Origin: a virus
Lineage: Duplodnaviria > Heunggongvirae > Uroviricota > Caudoviricetes
Direction: 5' to 3' (one strand)
DNA length: 35,146 nucleotides
IMG/VR virus record: IMGVR_UViG_2909309443_000004
How positions within the stretch are numbered: the first letter of the stretch is position 1; every line of letters begins with the position of its first letter. Shown here in pieces: positions 16,563 through 26,304 of this stretch. The notes under the pieces are model-generated. The model saw only the letters and a list, made by a program, of their open reading frames with translations. It was not told the DNA's origin and did not search any database. The translations under genes were made by a program, and so were the position numbers.

Positions 16563-18733
16563 TGGCTATCAGTTGGATCCAGCCCAGCTTTGCCGGTGGT
16601 GAGATTGGACCGTCGTTGTACGGACGTATCGACATGGCGAAGTACCAGGTGGCATTGCGCAAGTGCGATAACTTTATCGTGCGGCAGTATGGCGGCGTTG
16701 AGAATCGACCTGGTACGCGTTTTGTCGGTGCCGCCAAATACCCAAATCGGAAATGCCGCCTGATACCGTTCCAGTTCTCGACGGTTCAGACTTATGCTCT
16801 GGAGTTCGGACACCAGTACATGCGCGTTATCAAAGATGGTGCGTTGGTGCTGAACAGCAGCAATGTTATTTATGAAATTGCCACGCCATATACTGAAGCC
16901 GATCTGTTCCGAATTAAATTCACGCAAAGCGCAGACGTGCTTACGCTGGTTCATCCGGCATACCCGCCGAAAGAGTTGCGTCGCTATGCGCATGACAACT
17001 GGCAACTGGTTGATGTGGTAACGAAGAACGGACCATTTGAAGATATCAATATTGACGAGTCAGTGACGGTTTATGCCAGCGCCAGCACCGGGACAATTAC
17101 GTTAACGGCAAGCGCCTCTATTTTTGGCGCGGAGCAGGTAGGCAAATTGTTCTATCTGGAACAGCCTGCAGTGGATTCAGTGCCGGTATGGGAAACCAGT
17201 AAGAGTACGTCGATTGGCGATATTCGCCGTGCAGACAGTAACTACTATCGCGCCGTTACAGCAGGCAAAACAGGTACTTTGCGCCCTTCGCATACAGAAG
17301 GCACATCATGGGATGGCTGGGGCGGATCCGGTGATGATGATACTGGCATTGAGTGGGAATATCTGCACAGTGGTTTTGGCATTGCCCGTATCACTGCTGC
17401 AAATGGAACTACTGCAACTGCCGAGGTGATTTCCTATATCCCTTCGCAGGTAGTTGGCGAGGATAATGCCAGCTATAAATGGGCTAAATATGCCTGGAAC
17501 AGTGTTAATGGTTATCCTGGCACTGTTGTTTATTATCAACAACGTCTTTACTTCGCCGCATCGACTGCGTTCCCTCAGACTATCTGGGCTAGCCGTACCG
17601 GGGATTATAAGGATTTTGGCAAAAGCAATCCTACGCAGGATGACGACAGAATTATCTACACCTATGCCGGGCGTCAGGTTAATGAGATCCGCCACCTGAT
17701 TGATGTCGGTTCGCTGGTGGCACTGACTTCCGGAGGTGAGTACGTCATCACCGGCGACCAGAACAAAGTGTTAACCCCATCATCATTTGCATTCAGCTCT
17801 CAGGGATCAAATGGCTCGAGCAATGTCCCACCAATTGCCGTGGCGAATATTGCTCTGTTCGTCCAGGAGAAAGGCAGTGTTGTCCGTGATCTGGCCTACT
17901 CATTCGATGTTGACGGCTATCAGGGGAACGACCTGACCATCCTTGCCAATCATCTTTTTCAGAAGCACAGCATTGTTGACTGGTGCTTCTCTATTGTCCC
18001 TTACTCCAGCGCCTTCTGCATTCGTGATGACGGTAAATTACTGGTGATGACCTATTTGCGTGATCAGCAGGTTTTTGCATGGGCACCACAATCCAGTACC
18101 GGAAAATATGAAAGCACATGCAGTATCAGCGAAGGAAATGAAGATGCGGTGTATTTCGTTGTTAACCGAACCGTTAACGGGCAAACAGTGAGATACATCG
18201 AGCGACTGTCCAGCCGTTTATTTACCAGCGATGAAGATGCTTTCTTTGTTGATTCTGGCCTTAGCTATGATGGAAGAAATACGTCTGACAGAACGATGAC
18301 CATCACTGGTGGTTCTGGCGAATGGGATTACCGCGCGGAATATACAATCAGTATTTCTGGTGGTGCGTACTTCACCAGTAGTGATGTCGGTGCGCAACTA
18401 CAGTTCCCTTATACCGGCGCTGATTTATCTACCGGTAACGCGCTGGATATATTTGGTGACACTGCTCAGTTTGGCGCTCTTGATTCGCTGACGACGGTGA
18501 ATAACGCGCAACGCGAGGCTTACGGTTATCAGGTTCAGGCTGCCAACTATAAAGCAGAAGCCAGTTCAGCCCGTAAACAGGGGAATGTGGGAGCAGCAAC
18601 AACATTGCTCACTGCGCCTCTGAAGGCATACGGTGCGTACCAGATGTTTGGTGGGACGTGGAGTCCGTTTACTCAAAGCACCCCTGCGCCAATCGGGGCA
18701 GCAGCAGGAACCAGATTACCCGGAGGATTATAA
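16562..18733 (+). CDS. tail nozzle / tail tubular protein B-like
   Basis: 723 aa. N-terminus IQPSFAGGEIGPSLYGRIDMAKYQVALRKCDNFIVRQYGGVENRPGTRFVG is typical of podovirus nozzle proteins. TGATG overlap with the upstream gene. Confidence 0.7.
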   Translation: MAISWIQPSFAGGEIGPSLYGRIDMAKYQVALRKCDNFIVRQYGGVENRPGTRFVGAAKYPNRKCRLIPFQFSTVQTYALEFGHQYMRVIKDGALVLNSSNVIYEIATPYTEADLFRIKFTQSADVLTLVHPAYPPKELRRYAHDNWQLVDVVTKNGPFEDINIDESVTVYASASTGTITLTASASIFGAEQVGKLFYLEQPAVDSVPVWETSKSTSIGDIRRADSNYYRAVTAGKTGTLRPSHTEGTSWDGWGGSGDDDTGIEWEYLHSGFGIARITAANGTTATAEVISYIPSQVVGEDNASYKWAKYAWNSVNGYPGTVVYYQQRLYFAASTAFPQTIWASRTGDYKDFGKSNPTQDDDRIIYTYAGRQVNEIRHLIDVGSLVALTSGGEYVITGDQNKVLTPSSFAFSSQGSNGSSNVPPIAVANIALFVQEKGSVVRDLAYSFDVDGYQGNDLTILANHLFQKHSIVDWCFSIVPYSSAFCIRDDGKLLVMTYLRDQQVFAWAPQSSTGKYESTCSISEGNEDAVYFVVNRTVNGQTVRYIERLSSRLFTSDEDAFFVDSGLSYDGRNTSDRTMTITGGSGEWDYRAEYTISISGGAYFTSSDVGAQLQFPYTGADLSTGNALDIFGDTAQFGALDSLTTVNNAQREAYGYQVQAANYKAEASSARKQGNVGAATTLLTAPLKAYGAYQMFGGTWSPFTQSTPAPIGAAAGTRLPGGL

Positions 18734-21246
18734 TGCCAGTCGTACCAACAGTATCCGGACGTCAGGTTGAGAGTCGTGGAGTTCAGTCAGCAGGCTTGCA
18801 GACGTTTTCTCAGCAAGGTATTGGTGATGCTTTTGTTCGGGCAGGGACAGAGGCAATTGATGTTTTGGGGCAGGCAAAACAGCGTGCCAATATCGCTCTG
18901 GCTCAGGAGGCATCTCTTAACCTCAGTCAGATAAGAAGCGATCTGCTGAATAATCCTGAAACAGGATTGCTTAACCTGAAAGGGAAAAATGCTATTGGAA
19001 AAGGCCATGAGTATACGCAGCAGTTTGATGCTCAGGTCGAACAACTGGCTATGTCGCTGCCGGATGAACAGGCTCGTAATGCTTTCATGCAGCAGGCGCA
19101 GCAGCAGCGCATTCAGTTCACTACGCAGGCCGGGCGACACGAGATAGGGCAAATTAATGCCTACGAAGAAGGCCAGTTTCAGGCGACACTGCTGAACAAT
19201 GGTAAAAATGCCGCAGCATTGTATGGCGACAACGCCGCATACGTATTGGCTAACAAGCAAACTTTCCAGCAAATTGAGGAGTACGGTGTTGCACATGGCT
19301 GGAGCAACGAGCAAATCCAGGCCAAGAAAATCGAGTTTAAAGAGAAGGTTGCTGATGCTGCATTGTCCCAGTGGTCGGCAAACAATGCGACCGCATTCAT
19401 CCAAAGTAATGGCGAGTTAAGTGATACTGCTGCTGGAGCTCGCCGTGCTGTAGCAGATAGTGACTCTTCCGAGCGTGCCCGTGGCATACGCAACAATAAC
19501 CCAGGAAATCTCGAATACAGCAAAACTAATCCGTGGGTAGGCCAGACCGGTGATGATGGTCGATTTGCTAAATTCGAAACACCTGAACACGGGATTCGTG
19601 CATTAGGGCGGAACCTGATGTCGTATCAGAGGCAGGGTATTGATACCGTCAGCGAGATAATTAATCGCTGGGCACCGCCTGCTGATAAAAATGACACTAT
19701 GTCGTATATCAAAGCAGTGTGCGAACAACTTGGCGTTTCTGCTGATGAGCCTCTCGATGCATCTAATCCTGATACCCTGAAGGCGCTTTGTGCAGCCATT
19801 ATCCATCATGAGAACGGTAGCCAGCCATACAGTGATCAGCAGTTAACTGCTGGTGTCAGTGCAGCACTTGGTTTATCAACAATTCCAACCAACACCAAAC
19901 GCTATACCGGTAATGCAGCATTCGATGCGGCATCTCCTGAGGCGCAGGCAAGTTTTATGCGACAGGCGGATCAACTGCGTCGGCAGCAGCAGGCTGAATA
20001 TAAAACGATGATTGACAGCCAGGTTCGCGATGCGACAGCTGCGTATATGCGTGGCGTTGAATTTCCTAACCCACCTGGTGAGGCTGATTTTATTGCAGCT
20101 TATGGCGTCAGAGAAGGAAACCTGCGATATACCGAGTTCAGAAATACGCAGATCGCCGGACAGTATATAGGCTCTTTCCGCAATATGCCGACAAGCAGCA
20201 TTACAGCATATGTTGAGCAATTACGCCCGGATACTGGTGAGACAGGGGAGGGGTATGCGGCACGCGCAGCTCTTTATGACAACGTTGTTTCGGCTGCAAA
20301 TCAGGTGATAAAGCAGCGGCAGTCGGATCCTGTGCAGTTCTCTCTTTCCTCCGGACAGGCAAAGCCTATCGACATGAGCAATAAGGATAACTTTGGACAG
20401 AGCGTTGCCTTGCGTGCTGCTCAGGTCAGTGACCTTGCTAAGTCATATGGCACTCCACTGACGTTCTTTTCCAAAGACGAGGCCAATCAAATCGGTGTTT
20501 TCTTTCGTGATGCGCCCGTTTCCCAACAGGCTGCATATCTCGATACCATCAGGCAAAGCACTGGTGGTGGGCAGGTGTATATGTCAGCACTACAGCAGAT
20601 CAGTGCCAACGCTCCATCTGCTGCCGTTGCCGGGATACTGATGGATAAGCCTGGTGGTATTTTGGCAGAAAAAAACTGGTTTAATCCGGATGTTTCCGTG
20701 TCTCCTGAAACCGCTGCGCAGACAATTCTTGCTGGCGCTGCGGCTCGTAAAGGTACTGATGATGCGAAAGGTATTCCGATGCCTAAAGATGCTGATCTTC
20801 GCCTTGAGTTTTCTGACATGGTGAAGGATGCATTTGCTGGTGACGCTCATGGGGCATCAATGGCATACGAGATCGCAAAGGATTATTACGCTGGTGTGAT
20901 GGCGAAAAAAGGCGTGGTATCAGGAGAAATTGACAATGATGTCTGGAAACAGGCTGTTAACGTAGCTACAGGTGGCGTGCATGACTATAACGGAATGGGG
21001 AATGTCCTTTTGCCGTGGGGAATGTCTGCAGAGCAATTCGATAAGCAGGTTAATCAGGCTTGGAATGAACAAGTTGTCGGCTCCGGGATAAAAACACCGC
21101 CTGGTCAGTATGGTTTGCAAAGTTACGGCGATAGTCAGTACCTGGTGAAACTTGGCGCTGGTTATCTGCTGAAAGATGATGGTTCTCCCGTTGTTCTTAA
21201 TCTGACACAGAAGCGTCAGAGATTCTCCGGAGATATTCCGCAATGA
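18733..21246 (+). CDS. internal virion / ejection protein with a putative cell-wall-hydrolase-type domain
   Basis: 837 aa from ATG 18733 (TAATG overlap). Conserved block RGIRNNNPGNLEYSKTNPWVGQ..FAKFETPEHGIRALGRNLMSYQRQG..IINRWAP at about 19480-19830. Confidence 0.65.
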   Translation: MPVVPTVSGRQVESRGVQSAGLQTFSQQGIGDAFVRAGTEAIDVLGQAKQRANIALAQEASLNLSQIRSDLLNNPETGLLNLKGKNAIGKGHEYTQQFDAQVEQLAMSLPDEQARNAFMQQAQQQRIQFTTQAGRHEIGQINAYEEGQFQATLLNNGKNAAALYGDNAAYVLANKQTFQQIEEYGVAHGWSNEQIQAKKIEFKEKVADAALSQWSANNATAFIQSNGELSDTAAGARRAVADSDSSERARGIRNNNPGNLEYSKTNPWVGQTGDDGRFAKFETPEHGIRALGRNLMSYQRQGIDTVSEIINRWAPPADKNDTMSYIKAVCEQLGVSADEPLDASNPDTLKALCAAIIHHENGSQPYSDQQLTAGVSAALGLSTIPTNTKRYTGNAAFDAASPEAQASFMRQADQLRRQQQAEYKTMIDSQVRDATAAYMRGVEFPNPPGEADFIAAYGVREGNLRYTEFRNTQIAGQYIGSFRNMPTSSITAYVEQLRPDTGETGEGYAARAALYDNVVSAANQVIKQRQSDPVQFSLSSGQAKPIDMSNKDNFGQSVALRAAQVSDLAKSYGTPLTFFSKDEANQIGVFFRDAPVSQQAAYLDTIRQSTGGGQVYMSALQQISANAPSAAVAGILMDKPGGILAEKNWFNPDVSVSPETAAQTILAGAAARKGTDDAKGIPMPKDADLRLEFSDMVKDAFAGDAHGASMAYEIAKDYYAGVMAKKGVVSGEIDNDVWKQAVNVATGGVHDYNGMGNVLLPWGMSAEQFDKQVNQAWNEQVVGSGIKTPPGQYGLQSYGDSQYLVKLGAGYLLKDDGSPVVLNLTQKRQRFSGDIPQ

Positions 21247-23045
21247 GTTACTTTGGCCTTAATCCAGTAAACCAGAATCAGCAGCTTGACGAAGCAGCAT
21301 CAAATCCAGCTGGCTTTAACAGCAATGTTGGTTTTTTCGACAATGCTGTAGGAGCGGCATTGTCTGGTTTGTACTCCGGGCTGGTGGCAAAGCCAGATCA
21401 GTTGCTATGGGCAGGGATGGATAAAATCGTATCCCCGATTGCTCAGTTTGTTAACGAAAACACCTCGCTCAATGACACTTCAGTTTCATACATTGCTGAG
21501 CAGAGAAAACTAGCAGAGCAGCAGGTTAAGCGGCTGACGCCTGATGCGGCGACAACCGGAACCGCCGGGCAGGTCCTTTATGGGTTGTTCGATATGGGCG
21601 GGCAGGCTGTTGTCGGTACAACGCTCGGTGGTCCGGTCGGAGGTGCTGCGGCGGTAACTTCGCTACAGGGTTTTTCTGAGTTTGAACGGCTGACAGCACA
21701 GGGTGTTGATTTCAGGACGGCGCAGGAAGCGGGATTAGTGCAGGGTATTACTGCTGGTGCCGGAACACTGATCCCTATGAGCCTCGGGTTACGTGCTGGT
21801 GGTGCGCTGGCGGAAGGTGTGGCGGCTCAGCTTGCGCGGACTGGTGAAAGTTCAGTGCGACGCGCCGCAGCAACAGCAGTACGTGCAACGCCAGATATTG
21901 CCTATGCCGCAGGTACAAATATTGCGTTCGGTATGGCACAGCGTGGGCTTACTGCAAAAACGCTTCGTGATGGTGGCTATAGCGAAATGGCTAACCAGTA
22001 TGATGTGTTGGATCGACAGGCAATTGCTATTGATGCTGTTCTTGGGGTGGCGTTTGGTGGTGTCGGCAGATTTATTAACTCTCGCGGCGAGTCTACAAGC
22101 GCACCAAATTTTTCACCAGTTGATGTTGATGCTGCACTGGCGGCGAATGCCGCTCATCATGCTGAAATTGATATTGCGCCCGGCGTGCCGATCAACGTGC
22201 TTTCGCGCAATTCTCACATTCAGGCTCTGCGAAAAGCTATGTCTGATGTTAGCCAGGGGAGACCTGTAGACGTTGCCAGCATTGTTGAGTCTGCATCTTT
22301 CAGTGAAATTCCTGGGCGCAAGAGTCTGCTGTCTCAGGCAGTTAATGAGGCTCTGTCATCTGTAGATGATGGAGTAACGGCGCGCGCTATAGAAAATCGG
22401 TTGCTTGAAGAACAGGCCGCGCAGCTTTTGCCGCGTGGCGATAGACAGGTTTACCAGTCTGAAATCGCTAATAGCCAACGAATTATTGAAAATCTCACTG
22501 AACAGCGCGCACAAATTCTTGCAGAAGAGCCAACCGGTAGCGGTAAATCTTTGTCTCGTGCTCGATCAGATAAACAGGTCAGACTTCGCGATATTGACCA
22601 ACGAATCCGGCAGGCACAAGAACGCCTGGAATTTTCCCGTAACGCGTTGGCGCCGCACGAGCCTGGAGGTCAGTTTTTTGAAGCTCGAGCAGAACTGGCA
22701 CGGCGACAGCAGGCAGAAAGTGAACTTAATGCTCAGGCTGTTTCATTCTATAAAACAGCAGAGGTCAGGACGCCAGACGAAGTAGCTCCTTTTGAGCCCG
22801 GTAAGATATTGCAACAGACAGAACAAAAAATGATGGCAGATCCGGCAGGAGATATTGATCTGCGTATAGCTGAAGACTCGCTGCTTGAATCTCCGGACAT
22901 GATAATCACCGTGCTGGATGATGATGGTAATCCACAATCGCGCAGTGCGCGTGAAGTACTGGATGAAGCGAACAGGGAAAGTGAGCAGGCAATACAGGAT
23001 TCCAGCCTGTTTGATGTTGCTGTGGCGTGTTTCTTGAGAGGTTAA
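21243..23045 (+). CDS. internal virion / ejection protein (600 aa)
   Basis: Gly/Ala-rich hydrophobic N-terminal half (GGPVGGAAAVTSLQGF..GITAGAGTLIPMSLGL) and a coiled-coil C-terminal half. ATGA overlap with the upstream gene. Confidence 0.6.
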   Translation: MSYFGLNPVNQNQQLDEAASNPAGFNSNVGFFDNAVGAALSGLYSGLVAKPDQLLWAGMDKIVSPIAQFVNENTSLNDTSVSYIAEQRKLAEQQVKRLTPDAATTGTAGQVLYGLFDMGGQAVVGTTLGGPVGGAAAVTSLQGFSEFERLTAQGVDFRTAQEAGLVQGITAGAGTLIPMSLGLRAGGALAEGVAAQLARTGESSVRRAAATAVRATPDIAYAAGTNIAFGMAQRGLTAKTLRDGGYSEMANQYDVLDRQAIAIDAVLGVAFGGVGRFINSRGESTSAPNFSPVDVDAALAANAAHHAEIDIAPGVPINVLSRNSHIQALRKAMSDVSQGRPVDVASIVESASFSEIPGRKSLLSQAVNEALSSVDDGVTARAIENRLLEEQAAQLLPRGDRQVYQSEIANSQRIIENLTEQRAQILAEEPTGSGKSLSRARSDKQVRLRDIDQRIRQAQERLEFSRNALAPHEPGGQFFEARAELARRQQAESELNAQAVSFYKTAEVRTPDEVAPFEPGKILQQTEQKMMADPAGDIDLRIAEDSLLESPDMIITVLDDDGNPQSRSAREVLDEANRESEQAIQDSSLFDVAVACFLRG

Positions 23046-23050
23046 ATTAA

Positions 23051-25525
23051 ATGAGACAGGAATGTATACAAGCGGTCCAGCAGGCGGCGCAGCGCACGTT
23101 AACGGCGCGAGAAATACAGAACATTGAAGACCGCATTTATCGAAATATGCGCTCCATTGCTCGTGATGACCCGATGTCGTGGCGACAACTTTCCGAATCA
23201 GAACGGTTGTATCGTGCAGCACAATTGGCATCTGAAGAATTACAGCGAGAAGCGGCATTAAAGAAACGTCGTGTGGCCCTCACTATAGCCGCACGTCAGA
23301 GATTGGATAAATTTATCAATAACTATCAAGGGGCTGATGGGAAACTTGGCGCTCTTAACCGTACTATTGCTTTTAATGCAGACGGTAAATCGAATTTCCT
23401 CTCTGTTGAATCCAGAACAAAAGCCACTCGTGATTATGCATTGAGTCAATTGCAGGAGGCATTTGAAGCAGTTGATCCTCGCTTTTTTGGCCTGTTTGAA
23501 GATGAAGCGGGCGTGCGTGACCTGGTATATGAAATGCGAGGGCAAAATACTGGCAATGCTAAAGCAAGAAAAGGTGCTAAGGCGTGGAGAGAAGTGACAG
23601 ATCTACTTCGCCGCCGGTTTAATGATGCTGGTGGGGACATTGGCTATCTCGAAAACTGGGGGATCCCTCAACATCATTCTATGGAAAAGGTTGGGGCGGT
23701 ATCAAAAGATAAATGGGTTAGCGATGTTATAGGTAAGCTGGATCGCAAATATTATACCCGAGCCGATGGACAACTGATGAACGATGCCGAGTTGTCTGCA
23801 TTTCTTGGAGAGGCTTATAACACGATCGCTACTGGTGGGCTGAATAAGCTTACTGACACCGGAATGCGAATTTCCGGAGCACGTGCTAACCGTGGTAATG
23901 CATCACGACAGATACATTTCAAAGATGCAGATTCCTATCTGCAATATCAGCAACTTTATGGCGATCGCTCTCTATGGGAAATCATGGTCGGTCACCTGGA
24001 AGGTATCAGTAAAGATATTGCACTGGTGGAAACATATGGCCCAAACCCCGATCATGTTTTCCGCTCTCTTCTTGATCAGGTGAAGGCAGAAACGGCAACA
24101 GCTAACCCGAGTAAAACCGGTAGCGTCGAGCGTCTGGCGAACAAAACAGAGAACTTGTACAACTTTATTTCCGGAAAAACACAGCCTGTAGCGAATCCCC
24201 ACATCGCGCGATGGTCTGACAATATCCGCAACTGGCTGGTTGCCAGCAGACTCGGATCCGCGTTGCTGTCATCGTTCTCTGATCTTGGAACCATGTATCT
24301 GTCTGCGAAGGTTACCAACCTTCCAATGAACCAGTTATTTCGCAACCAGCTTGAAGCTATTGACCCAACGAACCGTACTGAGCTTGCGCGGGCGCGCCGC
24401 GCTGGCCTGGCGATGGAATCTCTACTTGGCAGCGTTAACCGCTGGGCGATGGATAATATGGGGCCGTCTGTGTCTCGTTGGGCGGCAACGGCGGTAATGC
24501 GTGCCAGTGGGCTTACAGCATGGTCAGATGCGCACAAGCGCGCCTATGGCGTAACCATGATGGGAAGCCTGGGAGAAGTAGTGTCACGGACACCAGACCT
24601 TCGTAGCCTCGATGACTCTGATTTTCGTATCCTGAAAAGTAAAGGGATTACTGACACAGACTGGAGCGTATGGAAGCTGGCGCAACAGGAGGACTGGGGG
24701 AACGGTAATAATACGATGCTGACACCGGAAAGCATTATGCGTATCCCTGATTCAGCAGTTAAACATCTTGGTGAGCCTGAACGCGTGAAATTTGAGGCAA
24801 TGCGTAAACTGCTCGGTGCCGTAACTGAAGAAGTTGATATGGCTGTTATTACACCGGGCGCACGTGAGCAGATGTTCGTAGGGTCTGGTCTTCAGCGTGG
24901 AACATGGAAAGGTGAATTAACGAGAAGTGTTTTCCTGTTTAAATCGTTCCCTATCTCGGTTGTTATGCGTCACTGGTCACGCGCTATGGGTATGCCGTCT
25001 GCTGGTGGGCGTGCAGCATATATAGCAACGTTTTTAGCAAGCACAACCATGCTTGGTGCTCTTTCCATGCAGATTACTGATCTTATTAATGGGAGAAATC
25101 CAAAGGAAATGACCGGTGACCACATGGTTAAATTCTGGATAAATGCATTTTTAAAAGGTGGCGGGGCTGGGTTGTACGGTGATTTTCTTTTCTCTGACCA
25201 CACTAGGTACGGGAGCGGCGCGCTGGCGTCGATGCTTGGCCCGGTAGCTGGTCTGGTTGATGATGTAGTGAAGATTGCTCAGGGCATACCGTTAAATGCT
25301 GTGGAAGGGAAGAGTGAGCAGACTGGTGGTGATCTGGTGAAGCTGGGGAAAGGTTTGATGCCTGGTGCGAATCTCTGGTACTTGAAGGCGGCTCTCGATC
25401 ACATGATCTTTAACCAGATGCAGGAGTATTTTTCACCAGGTTATTTGCGTAAAATGGAGCAACGTTCGAAGAAAGAGTTTAACCAGACATACTGGTGGCG
25501 ACCACAGGATGTCACTCCGCAATAA
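23051..25525 (+). CDS. internal virion / ejection protein (824 aa)
   Basis: Large ORF. The C-terminal third has hydrophobic segments (AAYIATFLASTTMLGALSMQI, FWINAFLKGGGAGLYGDFLF). Last gene of the structural block before the accessory island. Confidence 0.6.
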   Translation: MRQECIQAVQQAAQRTLTAREIQNIEDRIYRNMRSIARDDPMSWRQLSESERLYRAAQLASEELQREAALKKRRVALTIAARQRLDKFINNYQGADGKLGALNRTIAFNADGKSNFLSVESRTKATRDYALSQLQEAFEAVDPRFFGLFEDEAGVRDLVYEMRGQNTGNAKARKGAKAWREVTDLLRRRFNDAGGDIGYLENWGIPQHHSMEKVGAVSKDKWVSDVIGKLDRKYYTRADGQLMNDAELSAFLGEAYNTIATGGLNKLTDTGMRISGARANRGNASRQIHFKDADSYLQYQQLYGDRSLWEIMVGHLEGISKDIALVETYGPNPDHVFRSLLDQVKAETATANPSKTGSVERLANKTENLYNFISGKTQPVANPHIARWSDNIRNWLVASRLGSALLSSFSDLGTMYLSAKVTNLPMNQLFRNQLEAIDPTNRTELARARRAGLAMESLLGSVNRWAMDNMGPSVSRWAATAVMRASGLTAWSDAHKRAYGVTMMGSLGEVVSRTPDLRSLDDSDFRILKSKGITDTDWSVWKLAQQEDWGNGNNTMLTPESIMRIPDSAVKHLGEPERVKFEAMRKLLGAVTEEVDMAVITPGAREQMFVGSGLQRGTWKGELTRSVFLFKSFPISVVMRHWSRAMGMPSAGGRAAYIATFLASTTMLGALSMQITDLINGRNPKEMTGDHMVKFWINAFLKGGGAGLYGDFLFSDHTRYGSGALASMLGPVAGLVDDVVKIAQGIPLNAVEGKSEQTGGDLVKLGKGLMPGANLWYLKAALDHMIFNQMQEYFSPGYLRKMEQRSKKEFNQTYWWRPQDVTPQ

Positions 25526-25534
25526 GGAAGTGTT

Positions 25535-25708
25535 GTGTTTTTAATTATTTTGAGTGTGATAATTTCTGGTGGATTGTTATTTATTGACCGCTACAAATAT
25601 TTTCTTAACCCTCAGACTCAAGCTATTTGCTGGTTCATCTTTGTTGTGCAGGGAGTAGTTCTTGTTGCAAGCCTTATTGAGGGGAGGCCTCTTATTTTTA
25701 CTGGGTAA
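25535..25708 (+). CDS. small membrane protein (57 aa, two predicted TM helices)
   Basis: Hand-translated from GTG 25535, with AAGGAAG 4 nt upstream: VFLIILSVIISGGLLFIDRYKYFLNPQTQAICWFIFVVQGVVLVASLIEGRPLIFTG. Below the ORF-track cutoff. Confidence 0.35.
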   Translation: MFLIILSVIISGGLLFIDRYKYFLNPQTQAICWFIFVVQGVVLVASLIEGRPLIFTG

Positions 25709-25721
25709 ATTAGGTGACTAC

Positions 25722-26018
25722 ATGCAAGCTATAGGATTCATTGTTTATATCGTCGTTGGTCTTTTTCAGTTGGCAGCAATTATGGCTGGGCTTGAATCAT
25801 GGTGGGGATTGCACTGGATAATTGCAGCCCCCATTGCTTTCATCGTGAGCTATATTCCATTTGTTGGAGCGATTGTTGGTATGGTTGGCGCTGTGGATGT
25901 ATGGCGGTGGGAGTGGTGGCAGGCTGGCCTTCTCTTCTTTGGTGGGATCATCTTTGCTATTGTCTGCGGTGGAATGTCATCATTTTTCGAATGGCTAGCA
26001 TTCAGAAAAGGAACGTGA
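25722..26018 (+). CDS. small polytopic membrane protein (98 aa)
   Basis: ATG at 25722 after GGTGA; alternative TTG at 25662 after GGGAG. Three to four hydrophobic helices and a Trp-rich loop (VDVWRWEWWQ). Confidence 0.6.
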   Translation: MQAIGFIVYIVVGLFQLAAIMAGLESWWGLHWIIAAPIAFIVSYIPFVGAIVGMVGAVDVWRWEWWQAGLLFFGGIIFAIVCGGMSSFFEWLAFRKGT

Positions 26019-26026
26019 CATGTCAC

Positions 26027-26051
26027 AGGCCGCTTTCGCGGCCTTGTTTTT
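26027..26051 (+). terminator. rho-independent terminator
   Basis: AGGCCGC-TTTC-GCGGCCT followed by TGTTTTT. Shared 3' region with the convergent minus-strand gene. Confidence 0.7.
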
Positions 26052-26211
26052 AACGAATGCCACCGCCTCCCGGGCGGGAATCCGCAGAACGCCCACCGCA
26101 GCGGGAGCCGTCAGCGGCAGTATCGCTGTCGTGCTGACAACGACCGGCAAAGGCCTGAGTTGAAGCTACCAGAGACAACAAAACGAACAGTGCAGCAAAT
26201 GCTTTTTTCAT
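26050..26211 (-). CDS. small secreted Cys-containing peptide (53 aa)
   Basis: ATG at 26211: MKKAFAALFVLLSLVASTQAFA|GRCQHDSDTAADGSRCGGRSADSRPGGGGIR. Classic signal peptide with an AFA-G cleavage site. The mature part has two Cys and a Gly-rich tail. Confidence 0.55.
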   Translation of the reverse strand: MKKAFAALFVLLSLVASTQAFAGRCQHDSDTAADGSRCGGRSADSRPGGGGIR

Positions 26212-26224
26212 TGTGAAATTTCCA

Positions 26225-26252
26225 TCTATAAGCCACCTCAATGTGGCGTCAA
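26225..26252 (-). promoter_or_regulatory. candidate sigma70 promoter of the secreted-peptide gene
   Basis: Minus strand: TTGACG (complement of 26247-26252), 16-nt spacer, TATAGA (complement of 26225-26230). Confidence 0.45.
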
Positions 26253-26283
26253 TGAGTGTAGCACTGACTTTTGTTTCGTCCAC

Positions 26284-26303
26284 AAAAAATCCCGCAGCGC
26301 GGG
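26284..26303 (-). terminator. rho-independent terminator of the AT-rich two-gene cassette
   Basis: Minus strand directly after the TAA: CCCGC-GCT-GCGGG followed by ATTTTTT. Confidence 0.7.
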
Positions 26304-26304
26304 C

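Noticed and set aside
18400-18733. Ala/Gly/Gln-rich C-terminal tail of the 723-aa nozzle-like protein as evidence of a gene fusion with an ejection protein.
   Set aside because: There is no frame change, repeat or junction signal in the DNA. Without an alignment to relatives, the different flavour of the tail is not evidence.
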